62,000 nucleotides of DNA, taken from Lama guanicoe. Taxonomy: Eukaryota. Positions 60,577 to 62,000 of this stretch are shown piece after piece (within the stretch, counting starts at the first letter, position 1; each line of letters opens with the position of its first letter). The stretch lies in NCBI GenBank assembly GCA_013239625.1, contig MU053994.1:1801775-1863774 (forward strand), read 5' to 3'. The position numbers were made by a program, and so were the translations under genes. The notes beneath the pieces were generated by a model. The model made no database searches. It was not told the origin of the DNA and saw nothing but the letters and a program-made list of their open reading frames with translations.

Positions 60577-60880
60577 CAGGGTGTCTCAAAACTATCTATA
60601 AATGTAGGACCCGTCTTGTTTGCTTGTTAATTAATTTCAATCCGTCACGGATGGATACTTTTGTAAAGTACAATAAAAATGATTTGCTGGGGAAAATGAA
60701 ATGAAAAAAGAAATACAAGCCCCAGCTTTTATCATTAGATTCAACAGACATCAACACACTCTGTCAAGCTGCTAGCAAAGTTTTGAAACTCTCGCCCCCA
60801 ATTTCTGCACTGAGCTCACAGTGGACAGGTGCCAGTTTGTGGACTGGCACCAGCCCATGGAGTGCACTTTGAGTGTCGGC
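60577..60880 (-). mobile_element. Charlie18a-like hAT transposon
   Basis: atacttttgtaaagtacaataaaaatga, aatacaagccc, ttagattcaacagacat and cactttgagt, matching the reverse complement of the recalled consensus. Confidence 0.75.
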
Positions 60881-61244
60881 GGTGAAGAGTCAAGGTCAAA
60901 GCGTGTGGGGTCTAAAGTCACCTCTGTCGTTAACTGGCTGCATGGCTTCCCCTTCTGAGCCACCACCTTCACTCGCACACAGACAGACCCACAAATCAAC
61001 TCACATTACGTACAGTCAGAGGAGCGAAGAAAGATGCTGGTTCTTCTCTTTGTCCACAGCCGAACCATTCCTTCTCAGCATCACCAGATGGAGTGCAGTA
61101 ACGAGATTTCGGCTGTATCCAGGAGAAAGAGTGCAATGCGTCCTCTTAGGCAAATTCCCGGGCTCTTTCAGATTTCCACCTCACTGCCCCTCTCTTCTGC
61201 GGGATGGCGTTTGGGTACATGGGGGTGGAGAATGGAACTCATGC

Positions 61245-61392
61245 CTGTGCTTCTCATGCAAATACCCCTGGGAGATTGTTAAAATGCAGGTGCTGGGTCA
61301 GCAGGTCTGGGGTGGGGCCAGAGGCTCTGTGTTCCTACCAAGCTCTCAGGTGGCCTGAGGCTGCTGCTCCTGAGACCACACTGAATAGCTTG
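61245..61392. mobile_element. MER5A-like MITE
   Basis: cctgggagattgttaaaatgcag...caggtctggggtggggcc...gctgctgctcctgagaccacactgaatagc. Confidence 0.8.
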
Positions 61393-62000
61393 TGAAGGGC
61401 TTAGAGCTCTCATGAGGGAGAGGCATCAGGTCCTAGGAGGCTCCCTCCCACTGAAGTCTGAACCTGGAGAACCCCAGGTCCAACTCTCTGGGTGAAGTCC
61501 CAGCCCCATTGCCCCCGCCAGCTCTGCCTCCCCTCAGCTCTCATTGGTGCCATGGAACCTTGAAGATTCTGTGATGACCCCCATCTGGACGCTGGTCTAG
61601 GCCCACTGGCCCTCCACACAGCTACCTGCCACTGGGGGATCCGCCGACTACCATTGCCGGCCCCCAGGAACCAAGGGCAGCTCCGCCCACTGCTCCATGC
61701 CACTCTCTGAGTTTTCATCCGGAGTCCACCAGATGAGTGTGGGGTGCAGCCTCCAAACTCTCCTCCTCCCAGAGCCCCCAGTCCAGCCAGGGGCAAACAT
61801 GCCCCTTCACTTCTCAAATGTACCTCTCTCCGGGCAGATCCCAGAGTGGGTGACCAGAGCTCCCCTGGATTGCTACCGCCACCTCCAGCCCCCATCTTGC
61901 CACCATCCTCCCAAAGTAGAGGGAATAGCCTCTGTCCATTCCTCTTGCTGTCTGGTTGACGCTTCCCTTTCAACACAAAGTCGAAACTAAAGGAACGTTC

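Noticed and set aside
60828..60851. 9-bp perfect hairpin GGTGCCAGT-6nt-ACTGGCACC
   Set aside because: It falls in the subterminal repeats of the Charlie18a-like transposon.
1..62000. CRISPR array, operon, intact retrovirus/transposase or other novel multi-gene system
   Set aside because: I saw no repeat-spacer periodicity, no long coding frames with protein-like composition, no paired LTRs with internal gag/pol, and no foreign-looking segment.

Overview
This is 62 kb of non-coding mammalian genomic DNA, most likely from a camelid (alpaca or camel). That call rests on two copies of a tRNA-derived SINE matching my recollection of the camelid Vic-1 family. I found no protein-coding exon, RNA gene or pseudogene I can support; the listed ORFs look like by-products of GC-rich or repeat-derived sequence. 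Much of the window is decayed ancestral repeat: MIR, L2, L1M fragments, about 20 MLT1 (MaLR) solo LTRs, LTR16/LTR33, the DNA transposons MER5A, MER58A, MER53, Charlie18a and Tigger16, and a probable RTE-clade LINE remnant. Several insertions keep target-site duplications or are nested. The repeat-free part holds one strong CpG island (about 10.1-10.95 kb) with a (CGC)8 tract and no visible gene, plus many short blocks rich in homeodomain, Pbx-Hox, TCF, GATA and bZIP motifs. This pattern is typical of an enhancer-rich gene desert or giant intron near a developmental regulator (inference). There is an 83-N assembly gap at 39811-39893. I found no evidence of a novel multi-gene system; the best leads are regulatory. 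Repeat subfamilies were named by eye from remembered consensus sequences, and boundaries are approximate unless a TSD is quoted.
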